From: Octopus sinensis
Lineage: Eukaryota
Direction: 5' to 3'
DNA: 64,000 nt
NCBI RefSeq assembly: GCF_006345805.1
Contig: NC_043003.1
Location: 97,650,001-97,714,000 of the forward strand
Shown here: positions 12,213-23,620 of the stretch, one piece after another
Numbering within the stretch: the first letter of the stretch is position 1
Layout: each line of letters starts with the position of its first letter
Notes under the pieces: generated by a model
What the model was told of the DNA's origin: nothing
The model's input: the letters and a program-made list of their open reading frames with translations, nothing else
Databases searched by the model: none
Position numbers and translations under genes: made by a program

Positions 12213-13337
12213 ATGGCAGATAAAATGATAAAAAATAAGACCACTGCTTGGGAGTGAGAGATTGCCTCACCCAAGCAATGGCTTGGAGACATCGAGAGAA
12301 GGACGGTGGTACTACGGACCTATTCTAGGTCGTGTGACGCCATCGCACTCTTCAACAAGGGTATTATTGATAAAGAGCTGGCAAAATGTTTGCCAGCCAA
12401 AAATTATTATGTAACCAGAGGTGTCAAATACGCCACCATGTGGCTGCTTTCTGATACCCCTGAGGAGGCTTGCACTGTGGCAGGCCAGCCACTAGAAGGG
12501 GAGGAGATTTTGTTTCTTCCCACATATTGTGGAAAGGTGATAAGGGCCTGGGTAAGTGGTCTGCCTCTGAGCACTGAAGCAGGGTGGATTGCAGATGCTA
12601 CCCGGCGGGGCTTGGGGGATAGCAGGCCCAGGTTCTTAAATGTAGAGATAAAGCCTGCAGTCAACTGGGAGGGTACAAAGGCGACTTTGATCCTATGGAC
12701 CCAAGTAGCCACAGGTGAAATGACTTTCCCTGACTTTTTGAAAATGGCCGGCTCAGGGTATCCAGTGATACTTGAGGGTCGCCCCCCCCCCACCCTCAAG
12801 TGTCACTCATGCCGGGAGTCAGGCCACATTAAGAAGGACTGCCCCTGGGGCCATGGTAAGGTCCTGGAGCAGGGAAAGGTAAAAGTGCCCTCCACTCTCC
12901 TATTGCAGGGAGAAAAGGAAGAGAAAGGTGAGCAACAGTGGTTGCTCACCAGGAGAAGTGCAGGTTGTGGGAGAAGAGGAGAACCTCCCGGGTGTGCCGA
13001 CGGATGCCCCGACTCCTGCAACCGCAAAAAGAAAAAGGAGAAATGGGAGACAGTCAGCAGATGGCACTGTGCCGCCGACCAAACCCGAGGCCCCTCTGGT
13101 GAAAGTGTGCCACCGGAGCGAGAGGCTCTGTCAGTGAGGATTGTGCCACTGACAGAGCAGGTTGAGGCCCCTCCTCATGAGAAAGAGATGGAACTTTTCA
13201 TTTTCTACCTCAGGGGAGAGCCTGTTGAGATGTACTTGGACAGTCTTCTAGACCGAGAACGATATGACTCGGTCTGTATAGACGGTCCATGTTGGCCTCG
13301 CAGGTGGCTGCGGAGGTCGTTACCCAGAAAGAATTGA
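12213..13337 (+). pseudogene. L1/Tx1-type ORF1 (gag-like CCHC zinc knuckle), one in-frame stop at codon 15
   Basis: ATG at 12213 is in frame with the 343-aa ORF 12306-13337. It contains CHSCRESGHIKKDC (C-X2-C-X4-H-X4-C) and aligns by eye with ORF1 at 45102 (EEILFLPTYCGK vs EEVVLLPTYMGR; VILEGRPP vs VHVEGRKP). Confidence 0.8.
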
Positions 13338-13627
13338 TTGAGGTCAGGAGGACCTGCAATAATGAGGATTTTGTATCCCTCAATCCAGGTGGCAGGAAAC
13401 TTAATTGGGGGCCTGGATGAGGAAGATTAATGAAAAATGAATTTTTGTTTTAATTTTTATTATTGAATTTTAAATTGAATAGTGTTTTCGAGGGGTTATC
13501 AGTCGGCTGGTGCCGGTGCCCCTCCCATTTTTATTCATTTTTGTCATTATCAGCCTCATCACATCAATGACTTTGTCCAGCGTGCAGCTACTCTGTGTAC
13601 TGCCCTTGTGGCAAACTATGTGAATAA

Positions 13628-13980
13628 AAGTAGTTTGCCTACCAACCACATGGTTCCGGGTTCAGTCCCACTGTGTGGAACCTTGGGCAAGTGTCTTCTA
13701 CTATAGCCTCTGGCTGACCAAAGCCTTGTGAGTGGATTTGGCTGACTGAAAGAAGTCAGTCGAATATATGCGTGAGTGTGTGTGTGTTTGTGACCCCCCC
13801 CCCCCAACATCACTTGACAACTGATGCTGGTGTGTTTACGTCCCCATAACTTAGCAGTTTGGCAAAAGAGACCGATAGAATAAGTGCTAGGCTTACAAGT
13901 CCTGGGGTCAATTTGCCCGACTAAAGGCAGTGCTCCAGCATGAACGGTCAAAATGACTGAAACAAGTAAAAGAATAAAAT
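13628..13980 (+). mobile_element. SINE family A body (continuation of 11209-11248)
   Basis: B-box GGTTCAGTCCC, CTTGGGCAAGTGTCTTCTACTATAGCC core and tail GTGCTCCAGCATG..AAATGACTGAAACAAGTAAAAG. Confidence 0.9.
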
Positions 13981-14022
13981 AATATATGTGTATATTATAA
14001 TATATATATATATATAATAATG

Positions 14023-14054
<32 letters not shown>

Positions 14055-14059
14055 ATATA

Positions 14060-15326
14060 CTGTTCTATATTTAAGAGATGAGGAATTATGTACATTATTT
14101 ACATTCAACAGATATTTGTCCTCATGTTTATTGTTAACACGTTTGGCCTTCTTCAGGTGTCTTGGGGAAATTTCGAACCTCATTTCTCATTCCTAAGGTA
14201 TTTTTCAATGTTATTATAATTATTGTTGTTGTTAGTGTTCAGGTCACTGCATGGAATCGAACTCGGAATCTTGGGGTTAGTAGCATGTGCTCTTAACCAC
14301 TACGCCATATGCCTGTGGGCAATTATGGAGTGAATTTTAGGGCTTATAAATAAAATATTTTTCTATCCTTCCTTAATACTGGTTCCCAGCAAACAGAGTG
14401 CAGATATGCTGCTCATATCTGCACTCTGTTTGCTTAGAAGGTTGTTGTATCCTAGCATATGTGCTGTTTCTTTTAGTTTTCGTATTTTCCAGTGGTGTTC
14501 TCTGTCTATTATTTTAATTTCATCCTACAGGGGGAGGTGGTCTCCATTTTCCCATACATGATCAGCTATACCCGATTTATCAATATCTCCTCGTGTCACA
14601 GCTTTGCGATGTACGTCTACCCTTATTTTGACGGAGCAGCATGTTTCGCCTTTGTATAACCTACCACAGCTGCATGGGATGAAGTACACGCAATCTTTGG
14701 TCATATTCTCTTCTATTGGTGGTTTTACTCAAAGGAGATGTTTGCGAAGTGTTGTGTTACTCTTGAATACTGTCCTGATGTTATATGGGCCGCATATCTT
14801 TTGTATCTTTTTGGAGAGGCTTTTCACATAGGGTAGACAGACTGTGGACAGTTTATTGGCCTCATCCTATCTCTTCTTCATAATTGGAGTAGATAGTATA
14901 CTTCTGGGGTAGTTGTTGCTTAACAGATCGTTATTGAGCTTGATCATTTCTTTGTGGTGTGTGAGCAATCCCTCTATTTACACTGTATGGATAGTGGGAA
15001 TTCAAGTTGAGGTATCATCCAGTAAAGGTTGGCTTGCAGTATACGGATGTCATGAATCCATACTTAGTGCATGTTATTAATACGTCCAGGAATACCAGCT
15101 GATTGTCTTTTTCGTTTTCCATTGTGAACCGTATGGATGGCTTTATTGAGTTCACGTGATCTAAAACAGTACTTGGACATCTTCCTGGTGCGGCCAGTGT
15201 ATAAAGGTGTCATCAACATATCGTAGCTATAGTGTTGGTTTTAGTGGTGTTGACCCTAAAGCCAAATCCTCAAAGTATTCCATGTATATATTGGCTATTA
15301 CTGGTGATAATGGTGAACCCATAGCT
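14060..15326 (-). mobile_element. 5'-truncated Penelope-like element (RT C-terminal half + GIY-YIG endonuclease) with 3' terminal module
   Basis: Minus-strand translation gives AMGSPLSPVIANIYME, RYVDDTF, FLDVLIT..SVYCKPT, CVYFIPCSCGRLYKGET and HRKAVTRGDIDKSGIADHVW. The ORF end runs directly into a tRNA-like segment and a degraded hammerhead-like tail (14060-14312). Confidence 0.85.
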
Positions 15327-15559
15327 AAACCCTCCTCTTGTTGATATATATCAGTGTACATACTGAAGAAGTATACTGTTGGATCTTACTCATAAGGTAT
15401 TGGAATCTTACATTGTGCATAAGCTCTATACGTGGAATGACCAATTTTAAATACTGTTGGATTTTAATCATAAGGTATTGGAATCTTGTATATATACCAT
15501 TCTGACTAAAAAATGGATCTACAAATTCAATATCCCTACATATCTCACATCTATTTTCT

Positions 15560-15755
15560 TTCCTCCACCTCACTCTCTATTTTGTATCCTATCTAAATTA
15601 ACTATTACTTAACCATCCTCTCACACCATCTCCGATGAAGGGATATAATTAATAAATATCCGGGAAACAGCTGTATGACCTTCTATCTATAAATGTTCTA
15701 ATATCTACACAGCCTTGGTTTTTTATCTCATTACCCAAAAAATTCTTATATACAA
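15560..15755 (+). mobile_element. Second Penelope-type terminal repeat containing a minimal hammerhead-like motif
   Basis: CCGATGA-AG-GGATAT/ATATCC stem-GG-GAAAC-AGCT-GTA at 15632-15675, with the palindromic ACAGCTGT expected of dimeric PLE hammerheads. Confidence 0.55.
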
Positions 15756-15898
15756 ATGCTGACATATGACCAACGTTGAACCCCTTATTCGCAAAAATCA
15801 CCAAACCTGGAACTTAACTATGGTCTGTCTATAGCACTTATTCAGCATTACCTGACACCTTTGGGTCTCAATGACACCATTACCTCTTATATATATAT

Positions 15899-16050
15899 TG
15901 GAGTAGTTGGCGTTAGGAAGGGCATCCAGCTCTAGAAACTCTGCCAGATCAGATTGGAGTCTGGTGCAGCCATCTGGTTCGCCAGACCTCAGTCAAATCG
16001 TTCAACCCATGCTAGCATGGAAAGCAGACGTTAAACAATGATGATGATTG
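15899..16050 (+). mobile_element. RTE 3' end (family B), 5'-truncated
   Basis: GGCGTTAGGAAGGGCATCCAGC...CCCATGCTAGCATGG...GTTAAACAATGATGATG matches 7440-7570. Confidence 0.85.
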
Positions 16051-16154
16051 ATATATATTATTATTATATGACTGAATGCCACATATCCTCTTCTAAGTAA
16101 GTTTTATCTATCTATCTATCTATCTATCTATATATATATATATATATATACACA

Positions 16155-17369
16155 TCAGGTCATCCCATAAGTTCTGTCCGAATTTTGAATAAAGAAAACA
16201 AGTGATCAAATGTTATATTTAATCATCAAAGTACTTTCCCTGATTATCTATGACTTCCTTCCATCTATTTACAAACTTTTTAATTCCATTAATGTAAAAC
16301 TCTTTTGGTTTCAAAGCGAAGAACTCTGAAATGTCAGTTTTTGACCTCCTCCTAGCTTGCGAAAGTTATGTCCCCCAAATGATTCTGTAAACTACAAACC
16401 AAATGGTAGTCTGAAGGAGCAAGGTCGGGAGAATAAGGTGGATGAGGAATTTTTCCCAACCAAGCTCTTCAATCTTCTGTGATGTGATCTTTACAGTGTG
16501 GGGTTGGACATCACTCCTTTTCGATTCACTAAAGCGGGTCATTTTTCCTTCAAAGCTTGCTTCAAATGCTGTAATTGCTGACAGCACACTTGAGCAATAA
16601 TTGTTGCATTAGGTGGTAACAATTCCAAGTGTATTACTCCTTTGCAATTCCACCAGATAGAGAGAAGAACCTTTTTCCCATGAAGTTCCTTTCTCGGTTT
16701 GTGGTTTGAGTTTTTCCCCTTTTATCAAGCCACTGTTTACGGCATTTAACATTTCGATAGAAGATTAATTTTTCATCACCGGTCACAAGTTTATCCATTA
16801 AGGGTGAAATGAAGAGAAGAGCAGATGTCAACTGGGGATTTGCGGTTGCTTTTGGACAATTCATGAGGCACCCATTTTCCAAGTTTAGGAACTTTTCCAA
16901 GTTGTTGAAAATGACGATGAACAGTTGTATGGTTTGAATTAAGCTTTATTGCCAATTCTTCAACCGATAATGCAGGATTTTCTTCAACTGGACGTCCTGT
17001 TCGATCTTCATCTTCAAGGCTGAAATGTCCACTTCTGAATTTTGAAAACCATCTCCTCCAAGTTCTTTCATTCAAGCATTCTTTCCTATAAACTGAGTGA
17101 ATGTTTTGAGTTGCTTCGGCTGCAGAGTTTCCTTTTTTGTACTCATAAAGCATTATGTGCCTTAAATGCTCTTTGGATAATTCCATGTTAGAAAGGGTTT
17201 TAATCAAAAAATTTTAATTCTATTATTCTGTCAAATAATATTTAATTAGTTCAAATGCACACAAATGCATAAAAATAATTTCAAATTCCATTGGACATTC
17301 TAAAATACTATTAAATTTCATTCAATTTTAAAAAAGGTAAAATTGGATAGAGCTTATGGGATGACCTGA
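16155..17369 (-). mobile_element. Full-span degenerate mariner transposon with TIRs
   Basis: TIRs TCAGGTCATCCCATAAGTTCTGTCC (16155) / GGATAGAGCTTATGGGATGACCTGA (to 17369). Transposase pieces RHIMLYEYKKG..WFSKFRSG, WVPHEL, VTGDEK, and a frameshifted PHP/PDLAPSDYH region. Confidence 0.92.
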
Positions 17370-17371
17370 CA

Positions 17372-17377
17372 TATACA

Positions 17378-17410
<33 letters not shown>

Positions 17411-17677
17411 TATACACACTATATGTGCAATATATATATATATGTGCAATATATATATATATATATATGTGCAATATATATATATACATATATATACACA
17501 CTATATATATATATGCAATGTATATATACATGTGTGCAATATATATATGCAATATATATATATATATGTGTGTGCAATATATATATGCAATATATATATG
17601 TGCAATATAAATATATATATATATGTGTGTGCAATATATATATATGTGCAATATAAATATATATATGTGTGTGTGCA

Positions 17678-17720
<43 letters not shown>
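17372..17720. repeat. AT-rich minisatellite of GTGCAATATATATAT-type units
   Basis: TGCAATATATAT recurs about ten times, with variable TA lengths. Confidence 0.85.
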
Positions 17721-17722
<2 letters not shown>

Positions 17723-18390
17723 GAACTCTTACGCATTCGAAACACTAAACACCCACTATGTGTACAACATAAATGAGGTTTGTATTTGCATAAGAGATCC
17801 ACATTTATTAAATTTACACAAACATAGATGAATATTATGACGTTTATGCACGTCTCGATGGCATTGGGAGATATACGATCGCCAATCAAAACTATCAACT
17901 GTTTGTTCTAGACCTGTCGACAGAGAAATATAAACATTCCCAGTTTTCGTTTCTTCCTTTTTCTAACACATATTGAACTTAGTGTGTTTAGATAAGAGAC
18001 GAGCAACCCTCTGGCCTGCATCCAAATTTAAAACCGTTCACAGACGAAATTTAAGACACCTTAACATTACAAAAAAAAACCCCGCTTCATACCTTAAAAG
18101 CGAAACAGTAATTTCGGATCTTTTCTAAAAGATCCGTAATTTCGAGTTGGTTTAAAATTTGAATTTGAAAAATTAAAGATTCGTTATTTCTCTCAACACG
18201 AATGCATCTCTGAGGATTTATCATGTACTTCGTAATTCATCCTTAGTGCTAATAAGACACCCCACCCTTGGTTTAGATGGTTGTATTATCTGATCAATCT
18301 AGAAGCAACATTTTCGATCAACAATTACTTCTAAACCTGTTTTAGAGCAAAGACCACATGTAACTATATATCTCCTGCTTCTCTTACCAG

Positions 18391-19300
18391 GCGGTCAGCT
18401 TAGCTAAGATATCTCAGAGGAAGTTTTTTTCTTTAATTTTTTTTTCTTTTTATCATTTTATTCAATCATCTGTATACCAGGCAAGACCCAGTTTCTACAT
18501 ACATACATACATCCATACATGACAAAAACTCAACCACCACCAAACCACAACTGACAATGAAGCTTGTGCTTGCTAAACATTGCATACAAAAACATTTCAA
18601 AAAAGTAGCAGGATCAGCCGCCGCCGCCGCCGCACAGTGTAGCTCGACTACCCAGCAGCCGCCCCTCAGCCCGGCATGACAATTCTTACTACTACTACTA
18701 CTACTACCACCACCGCGGCGATTCTTCTTGCAGCACCGGTCGTTCTGAATAGAGGCATTTATCCGTTTTATTTTCTTCTTTCACTCCTCACACCAGATTG
18801 CAGCCATCGTTTCTTTCTCTTCCCCCCACCACCTCTCTTTCACTCTCTCTCTCTCTCACGAATTATCAACACTATCGACACCCCCTACCTGCCGCCTTCC
18901 CCGGTTATTTAATGTCTTTACCCAACATGCAACGGACGAAGGAAGTCCTATTGAAAAATTGAACAGTCAACCCCCACCACCACCACCACCTCCACTGCCA
19001 TCATCATCATCGTCGCCGCCCTTGATTTCTTCCGTCTTTGCTTCTGTTTTTTGCTCCATAAACAAAAAACAAACAAAAAAAAACAACCACTGCTTTTAGT
19101 ATTATTACTAACCATCACTACCAGAGTGGTTCTACGGAATCACACACAGACTGACAGAGTTTTGATGTAAGGTATTATTAATCAGAAACAGTTTAAAACA
19201 AGAGCCGCCGGACTTCACTTCGATCTGCTTAGGTTTCCCCCTTTTTTTTTCTTTTTTTTTTTTATTATAGCCCACGCTTAAGGTAAACGAGATGAAGGTA
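18391..19300 (-). other. Candidate non-coding first exon / 5' UTR region (CpG- and trinucleotide-rich)
   Basis: Locally CpG-rich, with (GCC)n, (ACT)n, (CCA)n and (TCA)n tracts, only short uORF-like frames, and a minus-strand donor CTG|GTAAGA near 18391. No transcript evidence. Confidence 0.25.
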
Positions 19301-20232
19301 GAAACCGGAAATCGATAAAATAAATAAGAGTAATAATAAATATATAAGGAATCGATTTTTAAGCAAAAGATAAAGCAACAAAAAAATTCGTGCTTCGCCA
19401 AAATGAAATTAGGATCGTATTATCGTGTCAATTGTTTGCTTTCCATACGTTCAGCTATTTACATCCTCCCCTTCCCCCCTCTCTCACCACCCTTTTTCCC
19501 CTCTTTATCACTTCATTCATCCTTTTCCTCCAGCTTCGATAGAAAGACAGAACTTGAGCATGCACAAGCTCTACCCACTCCTCCCAGCCGATTTCCTTCA
19601 CCTGCTCCTCCCATGTGTGTTCTTCCTACTTATCACTTCTGTCTATCTTTTTTCTTCTTCCTGCAAACACATGTTCAATAGTCCGCTCTTTCCCCTCTCG
19701 CTTCTTCTTCTTCTTCATTTCACAAACTTTAATTTTTATCTCTCTCTCTTTCCACTACTCACCAGTTTAATCTCTTAGTCTTTCTTCCTCTCTCTCCCCC
19801 CTCCACACCACGGTGTTACTTACTCTCTTCCTTTCACTCCTCGCTACCTCCAACATTCCACTTCTCTCTATTTTTACATTCTCAACCTCTCTTCCTTTCC
19901 CTCCATTTCGTAATCCAGTTCTCCTCTCGCTTCATCCACTCTTATCGTGCGTATTCCTCCGTTCCATAACTCTTTCCCTCCTTCCATCTATATATATTTT
20001 TTTCTTCTCTCTTGCACTTCGTCATAAAGGTTCTTGTCAGACTTAATGTTTTCATACTTTCACCGTCCTTCCTTCTCTCAACAACCTACATACAATGCTT
20101 CTTACACTTCGCCTCCACGTTGATTTATCCTCTCACTACCACTCAAAATCACCTCCTCACCTTCTCTAATATATTTCTGATGAAAACTCCCTCCCACTTT
20201 CACACGAAACCCTTTTCTCTTTTCCTCATATC

Positions 20233-20309
<77 letters not shown>

Positions 20310-20384
20310 ATTACAAAAACTTCGCTTTTTAATCTGGTGTTAGCTTTGTTTATTGTTTTTAAACACACCTCCAGTAAGACTTAC

Positions 20385-20678
20385 ATAGATTTGAAGATAT
20401 ATTGTGTGCGGTAAAGTGCAGCTTCCATATATATAAGGTAGCCTGCATAACTAGAAGTTCTTAATGCAGATGGCACTCCTTTGTATATTATATTGCGGTG
20501 CTCTAGAATGGCCTTCGTCATGATGCCTAAAACCGCAAGAACATCGATGCACATACTTCTATTTCCGCTGGGGGTAGCAAACAAGGTGTTTTTTAACCTC
20601 ATATATACAACAGATGCCACATATAACACTAATAACACAGACGGACTAATAACAAAATACATGGAATGAAAGAAATAT
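20385..20678 (-). CDS. Candidate internal coding exon (294 nt, hydrophobic N-terminal segment), product unknown
   Basis: Acceptor TTATCTTCTCAG, donor TAT|GTAAGT, length divisible by 3, and a single fully open frame (YFFHSMYFVISPSVLLVLYVASVVYMRLK...). No homology recognised. Confidence 0.3.
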
Positions 20679-23378
20679 CTGAGAAGATAAAAGGATATTT
20701 ATACATTCGTTTTAAAGCAAACGATTCTCTTACATATAGTTTTTATTCCAATTTTTGTCTTTCCTTACAAATGTCAAAAAATAAATAGACAGGCTTGTCT
20801 CCAAATTGGAGCAAAATAAATTGAAACTAAATCATATCATGTTAATTAATGTTTCGGCGTGTAACGTAGTAAGTCTTATTACTATATAAATGTTTATCGG
20901 AAATAGTTTTGGAACCAACTACTTAGTTCAATAATACTGCTTAAAAAATTCATGTACGCTATTAATACACTCCTATTAAGTTCCTAACAAAACAGAAATT
21001 GTATTCGATATACGAAGAAAATTACATTTTTCTTTAAAAAAATTCCAACTTGAAGATGTAACGTCTTCAAATATGGCATCAACAACACACAATCGCAATT
21101 TAAACCATTCCCTGTCTTAACATTTATTTTATATGGTGTGTGCGTCACCTTGTGACTAAAAAAGCTACGTGTTTTAGTTCTCGAGATTCGGTTTCGATTC
21201 TCTAGTAACTATTCTATTTCATTACACACTGTTTTTGTCCTTGACACACACACACACAGGCATGAATGTTTCAACTTCCTAAACATCTCTTCTATTTCAA
21301 GAGGAAGTCACACAGTTGTCATGCTCTAAACACCATGTTCAAAACAATCAATACACATGATTTTCGACTTCCACTTGGAACCATTTCACGTCACCGTTGT
21401 TTAATAATACCTCAAGAAAAAGCATGAAAGGTCGCAATCATCCATTACTCGCTCCTCTCTACATTTATCCTTTAAAAATGGTTAGGTCCTACATAAGAAA
21501 CGACTGTTAATTCCCGATAGATTAAATAAGGTGGAAGCCTGGAAATTAGTCTGCATATGCAAAACAGAAAGAGGAATGGAAAAAAAGAGTTTGATAGGCA
21601 AGCTGTTTGTATATGAAAGTTGATGTTAAGACACAGAGCAGACCTTTCCTTCGTCAAAGACACTTCATTCGTGGCCATCCTTTTCCAGAACACTTCGTAA
21701 TTTAGATATCCTTCCGTTTTTGTTTTTTTGAGGGGGGGGGTTAACGGTAGGGCGTGAAAAATCCGACTGCTATTTCTAATCGAACAGAATCTATCAAAAT
21801 CATTCCAATTGAGACCATCCCGTCTTTTTTTTTTTTCAATTTTATATTTTATTTTAGTTTTTCCATCAACCATTAAGGGACTCTTCTTGATTATTTAGAT
21901 ATCCCAATGTGTCCTCTAAGCGAGATGTGATTTTAGTATGGTCTTACTTGCACTTCGATGCAAATCGAGTGCTCACACAGGAGTTTCCCTCATTAGCTTT
22001 GCATAAATGAAGGTTATGTGGCTGCTAAAGAAAGCTGAGATAAAATGGGCCTGAATGTTGTACATTATTGCATGACCTATTCTTATAAATAACGTGCAAA
22101 CATCAAAAAGAAAGGCTGCTTTTTCATTTACACATCTACAAGTAAATTGAGAGGTTTGCGTAACTTTAAAACCCAAATATCTTATATACTACAAACCCAA
22201 CACAAAGTATAAATATTTAATCCCCTTTAATTCATTAATACATATGCGTGTCGTGTGTATATATGTATATATACGATAAAATATTAGCCACATGTACATC
22301 AACAAACGAAGATAAACTTAACACTTCTATTTAAATAGCTAGATAGATCGTGCTACTGTGCGGTCGCTCGACCAGCTAGAAATATCAGTCAATCCTCAAA
22401 TCATAACCTATTGCTCTTAAAAAGCAGATACGCAGGACAAATGCTAGCTATACAAAATGAATAAATAAAAGGACGATCATGGGTAATAATGCCTTTAACC
22501 ATATGTCTGATAAATTAAAGCTGATCTGGGGTTGAACAACATATATATACATATACATAATGAACCCATTATTATTATAACTTTGTATGAGTGATGATGT
22601 AAGGGAGTAAAGAATAGCGGAAGAAATCAATCAGGCTATATTCACCTATCAATATAAGGCATGATGTGTAGATATCGTTATTTGGCTCTAGGTCAGTCCC
22701 AACTGAGCAGTTCTATGATCATAGACACTCCAGTTGTGACCATCTCTTCTTTTTGAATATGAGAGACTATACAGTTCAATGTGTCCCTTTTTTTTATGAT
22801 ATCAGAGGGTGGTTTGAAAGGTTTTGATTGACAACTATTTCGAAGAGGGTCGAAACGACAGCGTAGAAGATTTCATGTGTAGCAGAAGGAATACCCGCCT
22901 CTCGAGTACGTGTGTGTATGTGCAATGGTACAGAAAAGAAAGTAAAAGAAAAACTAAATAGGTAACAGAGAAGCTAACATGAGGAAGACATGAAAGGGCA
23001 TCAAACAAAAGTGAAAACCATAGAGAAGTGTGTGGAACAGAGAATTAGGAATGCATACACACACACACATAAATATATATATATTCGTGTAACAATCCAT
23101 AAGTCTGAAAAACACCCATATATATATATATGTGTGTGTGTGTTGAGAGAGAGAAAGTAGTAACACAGAATAGAAGAGTAAAAGAATGGATTCTTCCCTT
23201 GTGTTTTCTTTCATTCGAAAAAAAAAACAACCTATTTACGTTATACTTAAATGTTGACAATGGAAAGAAGGACTAACTATTCGGTCTGTCGGTAACTAGC
23301 AAAAAAAAAAGGGGGGATATATTGAAATCAGAAAGGCAGAGTTACAGAGATTAGACATACGATTAATATGAGAGGAAC

Positions 23379-23394
<16 letters not shown>

Positions 23395-23437
<43 letters not shown>

Positions 23438-23489
23438 AAATTTGATTTTCTTTTTACCCTTTTTGTCCACAAGTGTTGTTTGAAGGGAG

Positions 23490-23549
<60 letters not shown>

Positions 23550-23620
23550 ACCTTTCAAACAACACTTGTGGACAAAAAGGGTAAAAAGAAAATCAAATTC
23601 ACACACATATATATATATAT
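23395..23620. repeat. Long inverted repeat with (TA)n spacer
   Basis: AATTTGATTTTCTTTTTACCCTTTTTGTCCACAAGTGTTGTTTGAA (~23439-23484) is the exact reverse complement of ~23554-23599. It is flanked by mirrored CA/TA runs. Confidence 0.92.

Larger units (their letters stand above)
11249..13627 (+). mobile_element. ORF1-only L1/Tx1-related non-autonomous retroelement (HAL1-like) with 18-bp TSD
   Basis: TSD AAGTAGCTTGCTTACTAA (11231-11248) / AAGTAGTTTGCCTACCAA (13628-13645). Long T-rich 5' UTR, zinc-knuckle ORF1, no APE/RT, and a 3' end CCCTTGTGGCAA..AATAA resembling the Tx1 tail at 49550. Confidence 0.75.

Noticed and set aside
17328-17898. Numerous ORF-track entries rich in Y/I/C/V/H (also at 459, 5957, 10759, 20102, 23296, 52067, 63127)
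   Set aside because: These are translations of (TA)n/(CA)n microsatellites, which lack stop codons by construction.
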